Assembly (NCBI GenBank): GCA_033762295.1
Contig: JANRLW010000043.1
Coordinates: 64,001-128,000, forward strand
DNA length: 64,000 bases
From: Capsulimonadales bacterium
GTDB lineage: Bacteria > Armatimonadota > Armatimonadia > Armatimonadales > Armatimonadaceae
Reading direction: 5' to 3'
Shown: positions 1 to 9,555 of the stretch, one piece after another
Position numbering within the stretch: position 1 is the first letter of the stretch
Layout of the letters: each line of letters opens with the position of its first letter
Program-made: the position numbers and the translations under genes
Notes under the pieces: generated by a model
Databases searched by the model: none
What the model was told of the DNA's origin: nothing
What the model saw: only the letters and a program-made list of their open reading frames with translations

Positions 1-14
1 AACCGGATCTGAGC

Positions 15-3000
15 GTGGGCGACCATCAGGCGACGTTCGCGACCACGGAGAAACCGTTCCTGCCGGTACGTGGCTATTTCTCCGGGTCATCCGGGCGGTC
101 GCGCCCATCGCTCCGCCTCCGGGTCTTCAGGACGCGCCTGTCGGACGTTCTGAAGCGCGGCGACTCGGCGAGCGCTCTCGATGACCTGCGCTACACCTAC
201 CAGGGGCCGACGCCGCGATTGCCAAAAGCGCTGCTGGCGAAGGGTAGTCCGGATGCACCCCGACTCGTTGCCGACGTCACCCGGCCGGTGACCGGGATCG
301 ACCGGGAAGGCTTTTTCGTCAACCGCGTTCCGATCGCGGCGGCCGTCGGCAAACCGGGACTCTACCTGGTCGAGTTCGCTCACGGCAAGCACTCCTCCGC
401 CTCCTATGTTCTCGTTTCCGATCTCGCTCTGGTCGTGAAAAACGCCCCCGGTTCGATCCATGCGTTCGCCGCCCACATCCGGAAAGGAACGCCGATCGGA
501 GGGGCCGTCCTTCGCTATTTCACCGGAGGACGCTCCGTCGCCTCGACACGGACGGACCGAAACGGCCTGGGGACCCTGACGCGACCGACGGCCCCTCCGC
601 GCCCGGCAGGGGGCGCCGATGCCGGGGGAAACGTCGCCCCGAACCTGACCGTCGCGTCGTACGGGGACGACGAAGCCGTCGTGCGTTACGGTGGGGGGTG
701 GTGGGGCGAGCAAACGGAACCCATCTACGCCGTCCATACTGTGACCGACCGCACGATCTACCGGCCCGGCGACCGGATTTCGTACAAGGGAATCGTCCGA
801 CGGCGAAACGGCGCGAACACGTACCTCGTTCCGGCCTCGCTTCCTGTCAGTATCGAGGTGCGGGATGCGAACGGGGGACTGTTGGTCAAAGAGAGCAAGA
901 CGACGAACGATGCCGGGGTCTATGATGGGACGATCGAGACCAGCCCCGAAGTCGCGACCGGTTCCTACACCCTGGTCGCCCGCATCGGAGAGGAGAGGCA
1001 TACCGCCGACGTGTCCGTCGCCTCCTACCGGAAACCGGAGTTCGTCGTAAAGGTCACCGCCGGGAAAGCCCGTTATCTCCGGGGCGAACCGGTGACGATG
1101 ACAATGGCGGCGTCGTACTACTTCGGTGCGCCTGTCGCCGGAGCGAAGGTCCGCTACTATGTCACCCGAAATCCCGACTGGAGCGTCGATTACGGTGGCT
1201 CGGACGAGGAGGAGGCGGGCGAATTTCGTCCCGGTCTCTTCGGGTCGTTTCCCGGCGATTTCCATGGGGATACGGTGGCGGACGGCGAGGTGCGTCTGGA
1301 CGAAAACGGGCAGGCGGTCATTACGGTCGATTCGTCGAAACGAGCGAACGAACCATCGTCGCCGGAGCGACCGGACGACGAGTTCCTTCCTCAGGTGGAA
1401 ACGTACACTCTGACCGCGTGGGTGGAGGATTCATCGCAACGGTCGGTGGAGGGGCAGGGGCAGGTACGGGTCGCGGCGGGCGATTTGACCCTGTCCGTGG
1501 TGCCCGAAGGGTACGTCGCCATGCCCGGAAAACCGTCGCAGGTCTTCGTCACCGTGCGGGATGCGGACGGGAAACCGGTTGCCGGTCAAACGGTCGAACT
1601 GCGAACGGCCTATGAGGTCCGGGATTCGGAGGGGGAGCGGACTCGACCGACCCCCCTGGGAGCCGCGCAGACGGCGACGACCGGGGCCGATGGCCGCGCG
1701 CTTCTGACCGTCACGCCCACGAAGTCCGGGGAGATCGTCCTGACGGCGTCGGTTCGCGACGCGGGCGGTCGTACCGTTTCGACACGGGGCGGCCTCTGGG
1801 CCGTCGGTGACCGGGATACCGAACTCGATACGGATTACGGCGACCTTGCCCTGCTGACCGATCGGCGGCGTTACGAACCGGGTGACACGGCACGGGTGCT
1901 GGTGAATACGTCGCGGACCGGGCAAACGGTCTGGCTCAGCGTCGAAGGCGACCGGGTCTACCGTTCGTTCGCCCTGCCGATTACCCGTCGAAGTACCGTG
2001 ATCGAACTGCCGATAGACCCCGAATGGGGGCCGAATGTGACGCTGGTTGCCTGTTATGTGCGCGACAAGAAGTTCGCTTCGAGCGAAACGCCGCTCCGGG
2101 TCGCCCTGAAAGCGAAGGAAGTGGCGGTGACCGTCCGACCGGTCGGCGGCGACCGCTATCAGCCGGGCGATAATGTGACGTACGAAATCCGCACGCTCGA
2201 CGCCGACCGGGGGCGACCGGTCGCCGCGAATGTCGCGCTGTCGGTCGTGGATGAGTCCGTTTTCGCCCTGCGCCCCGACGATCCCAAAGCGTTGCGTCGA
2301 ACCTTCTATCCGCCGCGAACCAACCGGGTCAGCACGGCGTTTTCGTTCGCCGTCGAGTATCTGGGCGATGTCAGCAAGGCGGAACCGGAAATCAGAGCAC
2401 GGAAACGGTTCCGCGATACCGCCTTCTGGGCTCCGGAAGTACGCACCGACGCGCAGGGTCGAGCGCGGGTGACCGTGAACCTGCCGGAGAACCTGACGAC
2501 CTGGCGGGCGACTGCGAACGCGGTCACCGCCGATACCGCCGTCGGTTACGGACTCAGCAAGGTGCTCTCCTCCCGTCCGTTTTTCGTACGACTGGAGACG
2601 CCCCGCTTCCTGACCGGGGGCGACCGGTCGCGCCTGATGGCTCTGGTGCATAACGAAACGGGAGAAAAGCAGGAGGCCCAGGTGCGGCTGGTCGCCTCCG
2701 GACTCGTGGCCGCCGGGGACGACCGCCGGAAAATCACCATACCCGCCGGAGGCGTCGGGACCGTCGAGTGGGCGGTCACGGTTCCACCGGACGCCGGACC
2801 GACACCGGTGCGCGTGACGGTCCGGACCGTGGACGGGAACGGTCGGTCCGGATTCACCGACGGTATCGAGCAGGTTCTGCCGATCCGGCCCTACGGAAAG
2901 ACGGTCCTGACGACCTTTGCCGGAACGGGCAGCGACGGACCGGTCGACCAGACCGTCACGCTCGACCCGGCGGCGATCCCCTCGCAGACCCGATTGACGG

Positions 3001-4538
3001 TGCGGGTCACCCCGTCCCTGTCCGCCGCTCTGGTCGGCAGCCTCGACTACCTGATCGGCTTCCCCTACGGCTGCACGGAACAGACGATGAGCCGCTTCTA
3101 TCCGGACCTCCTGATCGAACGGCTCGGACTGCTGACGGACCCGAGAAGAAAGGCGGACGTGCCTCGCATGGTCCGGGACGGCGTCGCCCGCCTCGCCCGT
3201 CTGCAACACACGGACACGGGCGGCTGGGGCTGGTGGGAGCGGGATGCCGACGATCCGTTTATGACCGCGTATGTCATTCTCGGATTGGCGACCGCGCGGG
3301 CGCAAGGCTACGAGGTTGAACCCTCCCTGCTGAGCCGGGGGATCGAAGCCGCGGTCAAATTGGCGGGAACCGCGCCGGTGAAAGCACGTCCGTTCCTTCT
3401 CTACGCTCTGGCGGAGGCAGGATACGACGATTCCGGAAACGGTATTCTGCATACCCCGTTCCGGGGCGGGAAACGCCTTGACCCCGCCCGACTGGACAGC
3501 GTTTCGCTGGCCTATCTTGTTCTGCTGGGCCGACGGCTGAACGCCGACGTGCGACCATTCCTGACCGAACTGGAACGACGTGAGGTGGTTCAGGGGCGCC
3601 TGATTCACTGGAAGGGGGCGCGGGAAGGCGACGAAGACACGGATACGAGCGACCGGATGGCGACCGCCCTGGCATTTCGCGTCCTTCTGGCAGAAAATCC
3701 GAACGACACGCGCCTGCCGGGAATTCTCCGCTGGCTGATGCTGAGCCGGACCGACAGCTATTTCGGGAACACTCGCGACACGTCGTGGGTGTTGTCCGCC
3801 CTCTGCGATTACCTGCGTGTGCGCCCTGAAGAGCGAACCGTCGCTTTCGCTCCCGTGCAGGTATTGGTCAACGGTCGCCTGCAGGCGACCCTCGACGCGA
3901 GGACGACCGACGAGCGCGACCCGGAAACCGTGGTGGACGTTCCGGCCGACGTCCTGCGGCCGGGCCGAAATACGGTCCGGTTCGTCCGGTCGACCGGCGG
4001 GCCGACCCTGTTTTACTCCGGCGCTCTGCGACAGACGCTGCGCGTTCCCGACGCTGCCGACCTTCCGGCGGTCACCGACCATGGAATCACTGTGCGGCGG
4101 GAGACGTTGCGCGTTCAACCACGGAAAACAAACGGCGACCTCTGGCGATTGGTGACCGAACCGGTGGCGGACGGCAGGTTTCGGCAGGGCGACCGGCTCC
4201 GGGTACGCCTGACCGTCACCGCCGACCGGGAGATTCGTTACCTGATGCTGGAGGATCGCTTTCCGGCGGGCGCGGAAGTGACGGAGCGGGGGACGGCGGA
4301 CGAGGACGTAAACTACCGGGAAAGCGGGTCGTTCTTCTCCTACGATCAGGTCGATGTCCGGGACGATCGAATCGCCTTCTTCATCAAGCGCCTGCCCAGG
4401 GGAACCCAGGTGCTGGAATATAACCTGCGGGCACAGACGCCGGGAATCTACCATGTGCTTCCGACCGAAGCGCAGGCGATGTACGATGCCACGGCGCACG
4501 GTTCGTCGTCGGGCCGTCGTCTGGAGGTTCGTCCTTGA
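15..4538 (+). CDS. Bacterial alpha-2-macroglobulin family protein (5' end probably lies before the window)
   Basis: MG-domain motifs TDRTIYRPGD and RKRFRDTAFW, NLPENLTTWR, thioester motif PYGCTEQ, C-terminal DVRDDRIAFF/AQAMY. Confidence 0.93.
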   Translation: MGDHQATFATTEKPFLPVRGYFSGSSGRSRPSLRLRVFRTRLSDVLKRGDSASALDDLRYTYQGPTPRLPKALLAKGSPDAPRLVADVTRPVTGIDREGFFVNRVPIAAAVGKPGLYLVEFAHGKHSSASYVLVSDLALVVKNAPGSIHAFAAHIRKGTPIGGAVLRYFTGGRSVASTRTDRNGLGTLTRPTAPPRPAGGADAGGNVAPNLTVASYGDDEAVVRYGGGWWGEQTEPIYAVHTVTDRTIYRPGDRISYKGIVRRRNGANTYLVPASLPVSIEVRDANGGLLVKESKTTNDAGVYDGTIETSPEVATGSYTLVARIGEERHTADVSVASYRKPEFVVKVTAGKARYLRGEPVTMTMAASYYFGAPVAGAKVRYYVTRNPDWSVDYGGSDEEEAGEFRPGLFGSFPGDFHGDTVADGEVRLDENGQAVITVDSSKRANEPSSPERPDDEFLPQVETYTLTAWVEDSSQRSVEGQGQVRVAAGDLTLSVVPEGYVAMPGKPSQVFVTVRDADGKPVAGQTVELRTAYEVRDSEGERTRPTPLGAAQTATTGADGRALLTVTPTKSGEIVLTASVRDAGGRTVSTRGGLWAVGDRDTELDTDYGDLALLTDRRRYEPGDTARVLVNTSRTGQTVWLSVEGDRVYRSFALPITRRSTVIELPIDPEWGPNVTLVACYVRDKKFASSETPLRVALKAKEVAVTVRPVGGDRYQPGDNVTYEIRTLDADRGRPVAANVALSVVDESVFALRPDDPKALRRTFYPPRTNRVSTAFSFAVEYLGDVSKAEPEIRARKRFRDTAFWAPEVRTDAQGRARVTVNLPENLTTWRATANAVTADTAVGYGLSKVLSSRPFFVRLETPRFLTGGDRSRLMALVHNETGEKQEAQVRLVASGLVAAGDDRRKITIPAGGVGTVEWAVTVPPDAGPTPVRVTVRTVDGNGRSGFTDGIEQVLPIRPYGKTVLTTFAGTGSDGPVDQTVTLDPAAIPSQTRLTVRVTPSLSAALVGSLDYLIGFPYGCTEQTMSRFYPDLLIERLGLLTDPRRKADVPRMVRDGVARLARLQHTDTGGWGWWERDADDPFMTAYVILGLATARAQGYEVEPSLLSRGIEAAVKLAGTAPVKARPFLLYALAEAGYDDSGNGILHTPFRGGKRLDPARLDSVSLAYLVLLGRRLNADVRPFLTELERREVVQGRLIHWKGAREGDEDTDTSDRMATALAFRVLLAENPNDTRLPGILRWLMLSRTDSYFGNTRDTSWVLSALCDYLRVRPEERTVAFAPVQVLVNGRLQATLDARTTDERDPETVVDVPADVLRPGRNTVRFVRSTGGPTLFYSGALRQTLRVPDAADLPAVTDHGITVRRETLRVQPRKTNGDLWRLVTEPVADGRFRQGDRLRVRLTVTADREIRYLMLEDRFPAGAEVTERGTADEDVNYRESGSFFSYDQVDVRDDRIAFFIKRLPRGTQVLEYNLRAQTPGIYHVLPTEAQAMYDATAHGSSSGRRLEVRP

Positions 4539-5326
4539 ACCGGAACGTTGGCCGGTTCCCCGGACTGTTGGCATTGGGTCTGATGCCGTTCGGCCTCGTG
4601 CTTCTGGTCGTCGCCGCCCTCGCCGCGTTGTCGCCTCCCGAAAGCCGGATGGCCGGTTTCGCCACCTCGCTTTCCGGGCGGACGCCCGCGCAGCGACACA
4701 ACGCAAGGCTGGCGGCACGCTCCCTCAACGGAGCCCGAATTCCCGCCGGGGGACTCTTCTCCTTCAACGGCACGGTGCAGACCTGGTCTCTCGATCGGGG
4801 CTATGTTCGCGCGCCGGTGTCCTACGACGGTTCGCTCGTTCCGGCGTTCGGCGGTGGGGTCTGTCAGACCTCGACCGCCCTGTATAATGCCGCCTTACTC
4901 GCCGGAATGGCGATCACCGAACGGCATCACCATGTCTTCGCCCCGCACTATGTCCCGCCCGGACGCGACGCGGCGGTCGCATACCCGAATATCGATCTTC
5001 GCTTCCGAAACCCGTACCCGTTCCCCGTTCGCCTCCGTTCGTCGGTCGACGGCGATATTCTCCGGGTCGAAATGTGGGGGCGGACCGATACGCGCACGGA
5101 ATATCAACTGGTCACCCGTGTCCTGTCGGCGTCGCCCCCCGAAACCGTACGCCGTACCGTTCCGCGCAAAGCCGGGAAACCGGCCGTCGCCCGGTACGCC
5201 GGGATCGGCGGCTTTCGCGTCGTTACCTACCGGGTGGCCCGGAAAAACGGACGGGAAGTGCGGCGCGAACGTCTCTCGGATGACGCCTATCCTTCCATGC
5301 CCAATATCCTGGCCTTCGCGGAATGA
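4535..5326 (+). CDS. VanW family protein
   Basis: FSFNGTV, GGGVCQTSTALYNA, VPPGRDAAV and DLRFRN motifs; N-terminal hydrophobic anchor; overlaps the A2M stop codon. Confidence 0.9.
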   Translation: MNRNVGRFPGLLALGLMPFGLVLLVVAALAALSPPESRMAGFATSLSGRTPAQRHNARLAARSLNGARIPAGGLFSFNGTVQTWSLDRGYVRAPVSYDGSLVPAFGGGVCQTSTALYNAALLAGMAITERHHHVFAPHYVPPGRDAAVAYPNIDLRFRNPYPFPVRLRSSVDGDILRVEMWGRTDTRTEYQLVTRVLSASPPETVRRTVPRKAGKPAVARYAGIGGFRVVTYRVARKNGREVRRERLSDDAYPSMPNILAFAE

Positions 5327-5425
5327 CCGGAACACGTAGACGCGCGACGACGTCTTGTGCGTATTCTCCGGAGGATGCGAATCGGGAAACGCCCCGATTC
5401 CCTCTCCTGATTCGGAAGGCGGCGC

Positions 5426-6754
5426 ATGAAGCACTTCGATTACCTCCTCATCGGCGGCGGCATCGCGTCCGTCGCGGCGGCGCAAAGCATCCGCGAACGG
5501 GACGGCGGCAGCATTCTCATTCTCAAGGATGAACCGCGACCGCCCTACGATCATCCGCCGCTATCGAAGGATTACCTGAAACGCCGGGAGATCGGGGAGG
5601 GCGAAGCATACAGCAAAGAGGAGACGTTCTACCGGCAGCGCGGGATCGATCTGCGAACCGGCGTCCGTGTCACGGCGATCGACACCTCCGCCCAGACCGT
5701 AACCACCGACCGGGACGAACGTTTGCATTACGGAAAACTCCTGCTGGCGACCGGGTCCTCCGCTCGAAGACTCGAGGTGCCGGGGGCCCATGCGCCGAAC
5801 GTTTTCACCCTTCGAACGCTGGACGACTCCCTCGCCCTGCGTCAGGCGTTCGAACCCGCGCAGCGTGTGCTGGTCGTCGGTGCCGGTTACATCGGCATGG
5901 AGGTGGCGGCGGCGGCGGCGCAGCGGGGGTTACAGGTCACCGTCGTCGACCCGGAACCGTACCCGTTCCGGAAATTCGCCAGCGAAACCTTCGGAAACTT
6001 CATCAAGAGGTATTTCACGCGGAAGGGCGTCCGGTTTCTGCTCGGGAACGAGGTCGCCTGTATCGATTGCGATCCGGAGACCGGAATGGCCCATTCGGTC
6101 TGCCTGAAAAGCGGACAACCGGTGCCGACCGACGTCGTCGTGACCGGCGTCGGTGCGAAATTGAATCTGGACCTGGCGATCTCCGCCGGACTGGAGACCG
6201 ATGAAACGGAAGGGGTGCTCGCCGACGAGTTCCTGCGGACGTCCGCGCCGAACGTCTATGTCGCCGGGGATATCGCCTATTTCAAGGACATCATTCTCGG
6301 AAAACGCTGGCATGCCGAGCATCACCTGAACGCCAAATGGCAGGGAGAGGCGGTCGGGCGCAATCTGGCGGGAGAGGTCGAACCGTACAATCGGGTCGCC
6401 TACTTCTTTTCCGATCTTTTCGATATCCATATGATCCTTCGGGGTGACCCCAAAGGCGGCGAAGGTCGCGCGCTTCTCGGAGATATCGAGGGGGCGGAAT
6501 TTATCGAACTGTACGGTGACGAGGAGGATCGGCTGACGATGGGGGTTGCGGTCAGCCGTGACGAAACGAAACTCGGGGGGATTTCGGACACGCTGGATCG
6601 GATGATTCGGGAACGGGTGTCGATCCCGCAGGCGGTCTCGCGTCTCAGCGAAAGCGAGCGCACCTCGTTTATCGGTCTGCCGTCGATGGCGGCGGTCCTG
6701 GGAATGATTGCCGGGAGCGAAGCCCTGCACTTCCTGCCCGCCTGGAATCGTTAG
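5426..6754 (+). CDS. FAD/NAD(P)-dependent oxidoreductase (ferredoxin reductase-like)
   Basis: IGGGIA FAD motif, PYDHPPLSK, LLLATG, VGAGYIGME, VYVAGD. Confidence 0.88.
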   Translation: MKHFDYLLIGGGIASVAAAQSIRERDGGSILILKDEPRPPYDHPPLSKDYLKRREIGEGEAYSKEETFYRQRGIDLRTGVRVTAIDTSAQTVTTDRDERLHYGKLLLATGSSARRLEVPGAHAPNVFTLRTLDDSLALRQAFEPAQRVLVVGAGYIGMEVAAAAAQRGLQVTVVDPEPYPFRKFASETFGNFIKRYFTRKGVRFLLGNEVACIDCDPETGMAHSVCLKSGQPVPTDVVVTGVGAKLNLDLAISAGLETDETEGVLADEFLRTSAPNVYVAGDIAYFKDIILGKRWHAEHHLNAKWQGEAVGRNLAGEVEPYNRVAYFFSDLFDIHMILRGDPKGGEGRALLGDIEGAEFIELYGDEEDRLTMGVAVSRDETKLGGISDTLDRMIRERVSIPQAVSRLSESERTSFIGLPSMAAVLGMIAGSEALHFLPAWNR

Positions 6755-6951
6755 GCGCCCCTTTACGGATCGTCGTCAAATACGCCGTTGGTGGGACGAC
6801 GACCGTTTTCCACGGAAATACGATAGAGGCAGGAGCGTTCGTGAGCCATCGGAATCGCGACGATGCGACCGCCGCAGCTTGAGAACCAAATGCCGGTCGC
6901 CAGCCCCGCTGTTGGCAGCGGTCGTTGACGGCTTCTCTACGGAGGACCGTG

Positions 6952-9552
6952 ATGAACCTCTCTATCGTACGCGAGTTCCTGACCAAACGGAGGAAACTCG
7001 CCTTCCTGCTGATTGCCGGATCCGTCTTTTTCCTGGCCAGCGCCCTGTCCGCCGTCTGGGCGCAGGAGGTACGCCCGCTGACGGGACTGCCCGCCGGGGA
7101 ACCCGGATTCCGCCCGTTCGAATTTTTGACCTCACCTCGCTACACGGACGCCGAACGATTCGGCCTGTTCGCCGCCCTTGGAATCGCCCTTGCCGGCCTC
7201 GGGTACGCCCTCCTGCTCATGCGGCAGGTCAGTCGCGCCGACCGGGGGACGCCGAAGATGCAGGAGATTGCCGCGGCCGTTCGGGAAGGTGCGGACGCGT
7301 ATCTTCGAAAACAGTTTTCCATTGTGGCGATCCTGATCGCCGTGCTGGTCGTCGTTCTTTTCCTCGCCAAGGCGCTCACGTCCCCGCTCGGATTTAACGA
7401 TCCGTTCGCCCTCGGACGCGCCGGGGCGTTCCTGGTCGGTGCGCTGTTTTCCGGCACCGTCGGATTCGTCGGCATGCGGCTGGCGACCACGGGGAACCTC
7501 CGCGTGGCCGCCGCCGCGCCGGTCGGGTTCGGGAAAGCCCTGATGCTCGGTTACCGGACCGGAACCGTCACCGGTATGCTGACGGACGGCCTCGGTCTCC
7601 TCGGAGGCACCCTGATCTTCATGATCTACGGAGAACACGCCTATGAGGCGCTCCTCGGCTTCGGATTCGGCGGCACACTGCTGGCCTTGTTCATGCGGGT
7701 CGGCGGCGGAATCTACACCAAAGCGGCCGATGTCGGCGCGGACCTCGTCGGCAAAATCGAGCAGGATATTCCCGAGGACGACCCCCGTAACGCCGCGACC
7801 ATCGCCGATAACGTCGGCGACAACGTCGGCGACTGCGCGGGAATGGCCGCCGATATCTTCGAATCGTACGAAGTCACCATCGTCGCCGCCATGATCCTGG
7901 GCTGGGTCGCCTTCGGACACCAGGGCGTGCTCTTCCCGATCCTCGTGCGCGCCATCGGTGTGGTCGCCTCGATCGTGTCCACCTATCTCGTCCGTGCGGG
8001 GGATCGTGGAAACGTCGCCGAGGCGATGAAATCGATCAACTTCGGGTTCTGGGTCGGTTCGGTGATTTCCGTGGTCGGATTCCTGACCCTCGGGTTCTTC
8101 TACCTGCGCTTTGACGCCGACCCGACGCGACCGTGGATCCATCCCGGACTCGACATGCGCCCGGCCTGGGCCTGTCTGATCGGCGTCCTGCTCTGCGTCG
8201 CCCTGAACCGCAGCACGGAGTACTTCACCGGCACCGAGTTCAATCCGGTGAAAGGACTGCAACGCGCCTGCGGCACCGGGCATGCCACCAACATCATCGA
8301 AGGGTTCGCGGTCGGCATGGAATCGGCGGTCTTCGCCGGTATCATCCTCTGCACCGCGATCATCGCCTCCGTGCTGGTGTATACCGGAACGAACGCTATC
8401 GCCATCGCTTACGGTGTCGCCATGTGCGGTATCGGCATGCTCACCCTGACCGGCAACACCATTTCGATGGACGTCTTCGGTCCGGTGGCGGACAATGCGA
8501 ACGGCATCGGCGAAATGGGCTATGAACGAAACCGGATGGGGGTCGAGAAGTATCAGGAATCCCGTCAGGTGCTGGCGGACCTGGACGCGGTCGGCAACAC
8601 CACCAAGGCGGTCACCAAGGGAGTCGCCATCGGTTCGGCCGTCATCGCGGCGGTCTCGCTCTACGCCTCCTTCATCACGGTGATCGGGTCCGGCGGCGGT
8701 TCGGAGAAGGAAGCGTTACCGATCCCGCTGTTCGACCGGGTCGCCGGCTTACTGACGGTGTCCGAACCGAAACTGCTGGTCGGTATGCTGATCGGCGGCT
8801 CGGTCCCGATGCTCTTCTCGGCGATGACGATCCGTGCGGTCGGGCGTGCGGCCTACCTGATCGTCCATGAATGCCGCGTCCAGTTCCGTGATGCCGCCAT
8901 CTGGAACGGAACCAGGAAGCCCGATTACGGACGTGTCGTCCGCATCTGCACCGAAGCGGCCCAGAAGGAACTCGTCGGACCGGCGCTCCTGGCCGTCTTC
9001 TCACCCGTGTTGATCGGCTTCCTGCTCGGACCGATCGGTCTGGCCGGATTCCTGGGCGGTTCGATCGTCGTCGGACAGTTGATCGCCTCCTTCATGTGCA
9101 ACTCCGGAGGAGCGTGGGACAACGCCAAAAAGACCATCGAAGACGAAACGCGCGACCATGCCGCCAATACCGGCAAAGGATCGGAACGGCATAAAGCCAG
9201 CGTCACCGGCGATACGGTGGGCGATCCGCTGAAGGACACGGCCGGACCGGCGATCAACCCGCTGCTCAAGGTCATGAACATGGTCGCCATCCTGACGGTC
9301 CCGATGATGATCGGGTACGATTCGAAGGTGGTGGACAACGTCCGTCAGGCGGCGGCGGCGAGCAACTACAAACTGCCGTCCACCTTCCAGGCGACCGGTA
9401 TCGACGCTCTCTGGCTGATTGCGGTCGGAATCGCGTCCGCCGCCCTGATCTGGGCGTACGTCCAGTCGAAACGCCACATCGGAATCGTCGCCGAGGTGCT
9501 GCCGGCGACCAGCGCGATCCCCGGCGACGACCGGGAATTCGCCGCCCGCTGA
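6952..9552 (+). CDS. hppA: Membrane-bound ion-translocating pyrophosphatase (K+-independent signature)
   Basis: GGGIYTKAADVGADLVGKIE, EDDPRN, DNVGDNVGD, GNTTKA, GGAWDNAKK, GDTVGDPLKDT; RBS GGAGG at 6941. Confidence 0.97.
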   Translation: MNLSIVREFLTKRRKLAFLLIAGSVFFLASALSAVWAQEVRPLTGLPAGEPGFRPFEFLTSPRYTDAERFGLFAALGIALAGLGYALLLMRQVSRADRGTPKMQEIAAAVREGADAYLRKQFSIVAILIAVLVVVLFLAKALTSPLGFNDPFALGRAGAFLVGALFSGTVGFVGMRLATTGNLRVAAAAPVGFGKALMLGYRTGTVTGMLTDGLGLLGGTLIFMIYGEHAYEALLGFGFGGTLLALFMRVGGGIYTKAADVGADLVGKIEQDIPEDDPRNAATIADNVGDNVGDCAGMAADIFESYEVTIVAAMILGWVAFGHQGVLFPILVRAIGVVASIVSTYLVRAGDRGNVAEAMKSINFGFWVGSVISVVGFLTLGFFYLRFDADPTRPWIHPGLDMRPAWACLIGVLLCVALNRSTEYFTGTEFNPVKGLQRACGTGHATNIIEGFAVGMESAVFAGIILCTAIIASVLVYTGTNAIAIAYGVAMCGIGMLTLTGNTISMDVFGPVADNANGIGEMGYERNRMGVEKYQESRQVLADLDAVGNTTKAVTKGVAIGSAVIAAVSLYASFITVIGSGGGSEKEALPIPLFDRVAGLLTVSEPKLLVGMLIGGSVPMLFSAMTIRAVGRAAYLIVHECRVQFRDAAIWNGTRKPDYGRVVRICTEAAQKELVGPALLAVFSPVLIGFLLGPIGLAGFLGGSIVVGQLIASFMCNSGGAWDNAKKTIEDETRDHAANTGKGSERHKASVTGDTVGDPLKDTAGPAINPLLKVMNMVAILTVPMMIGYDSKVVDNVRQAAAASNYKLPSTFQATGIDALWLIAVGIASAALIWAYVQSKRHIGIVAEVLPATSAIPGDDREFAAR

Positions 9553-9555
9553 TCG

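Noticed and set aside
1431..4718. 1095-aa minus-strand ORF and other long antisense ORFs (e.g. 15525-17045, 34933-36591, 37668-39197, 60220-61902)
   Set aside because: Shadow frames of well-supported genes in GC-rich DNA, with no recognisable motifs
4535..5326. Vancomycin resistance locus
   Set aside because: VanW domain alone, without vanHAX or vanRS; the domain is widespread
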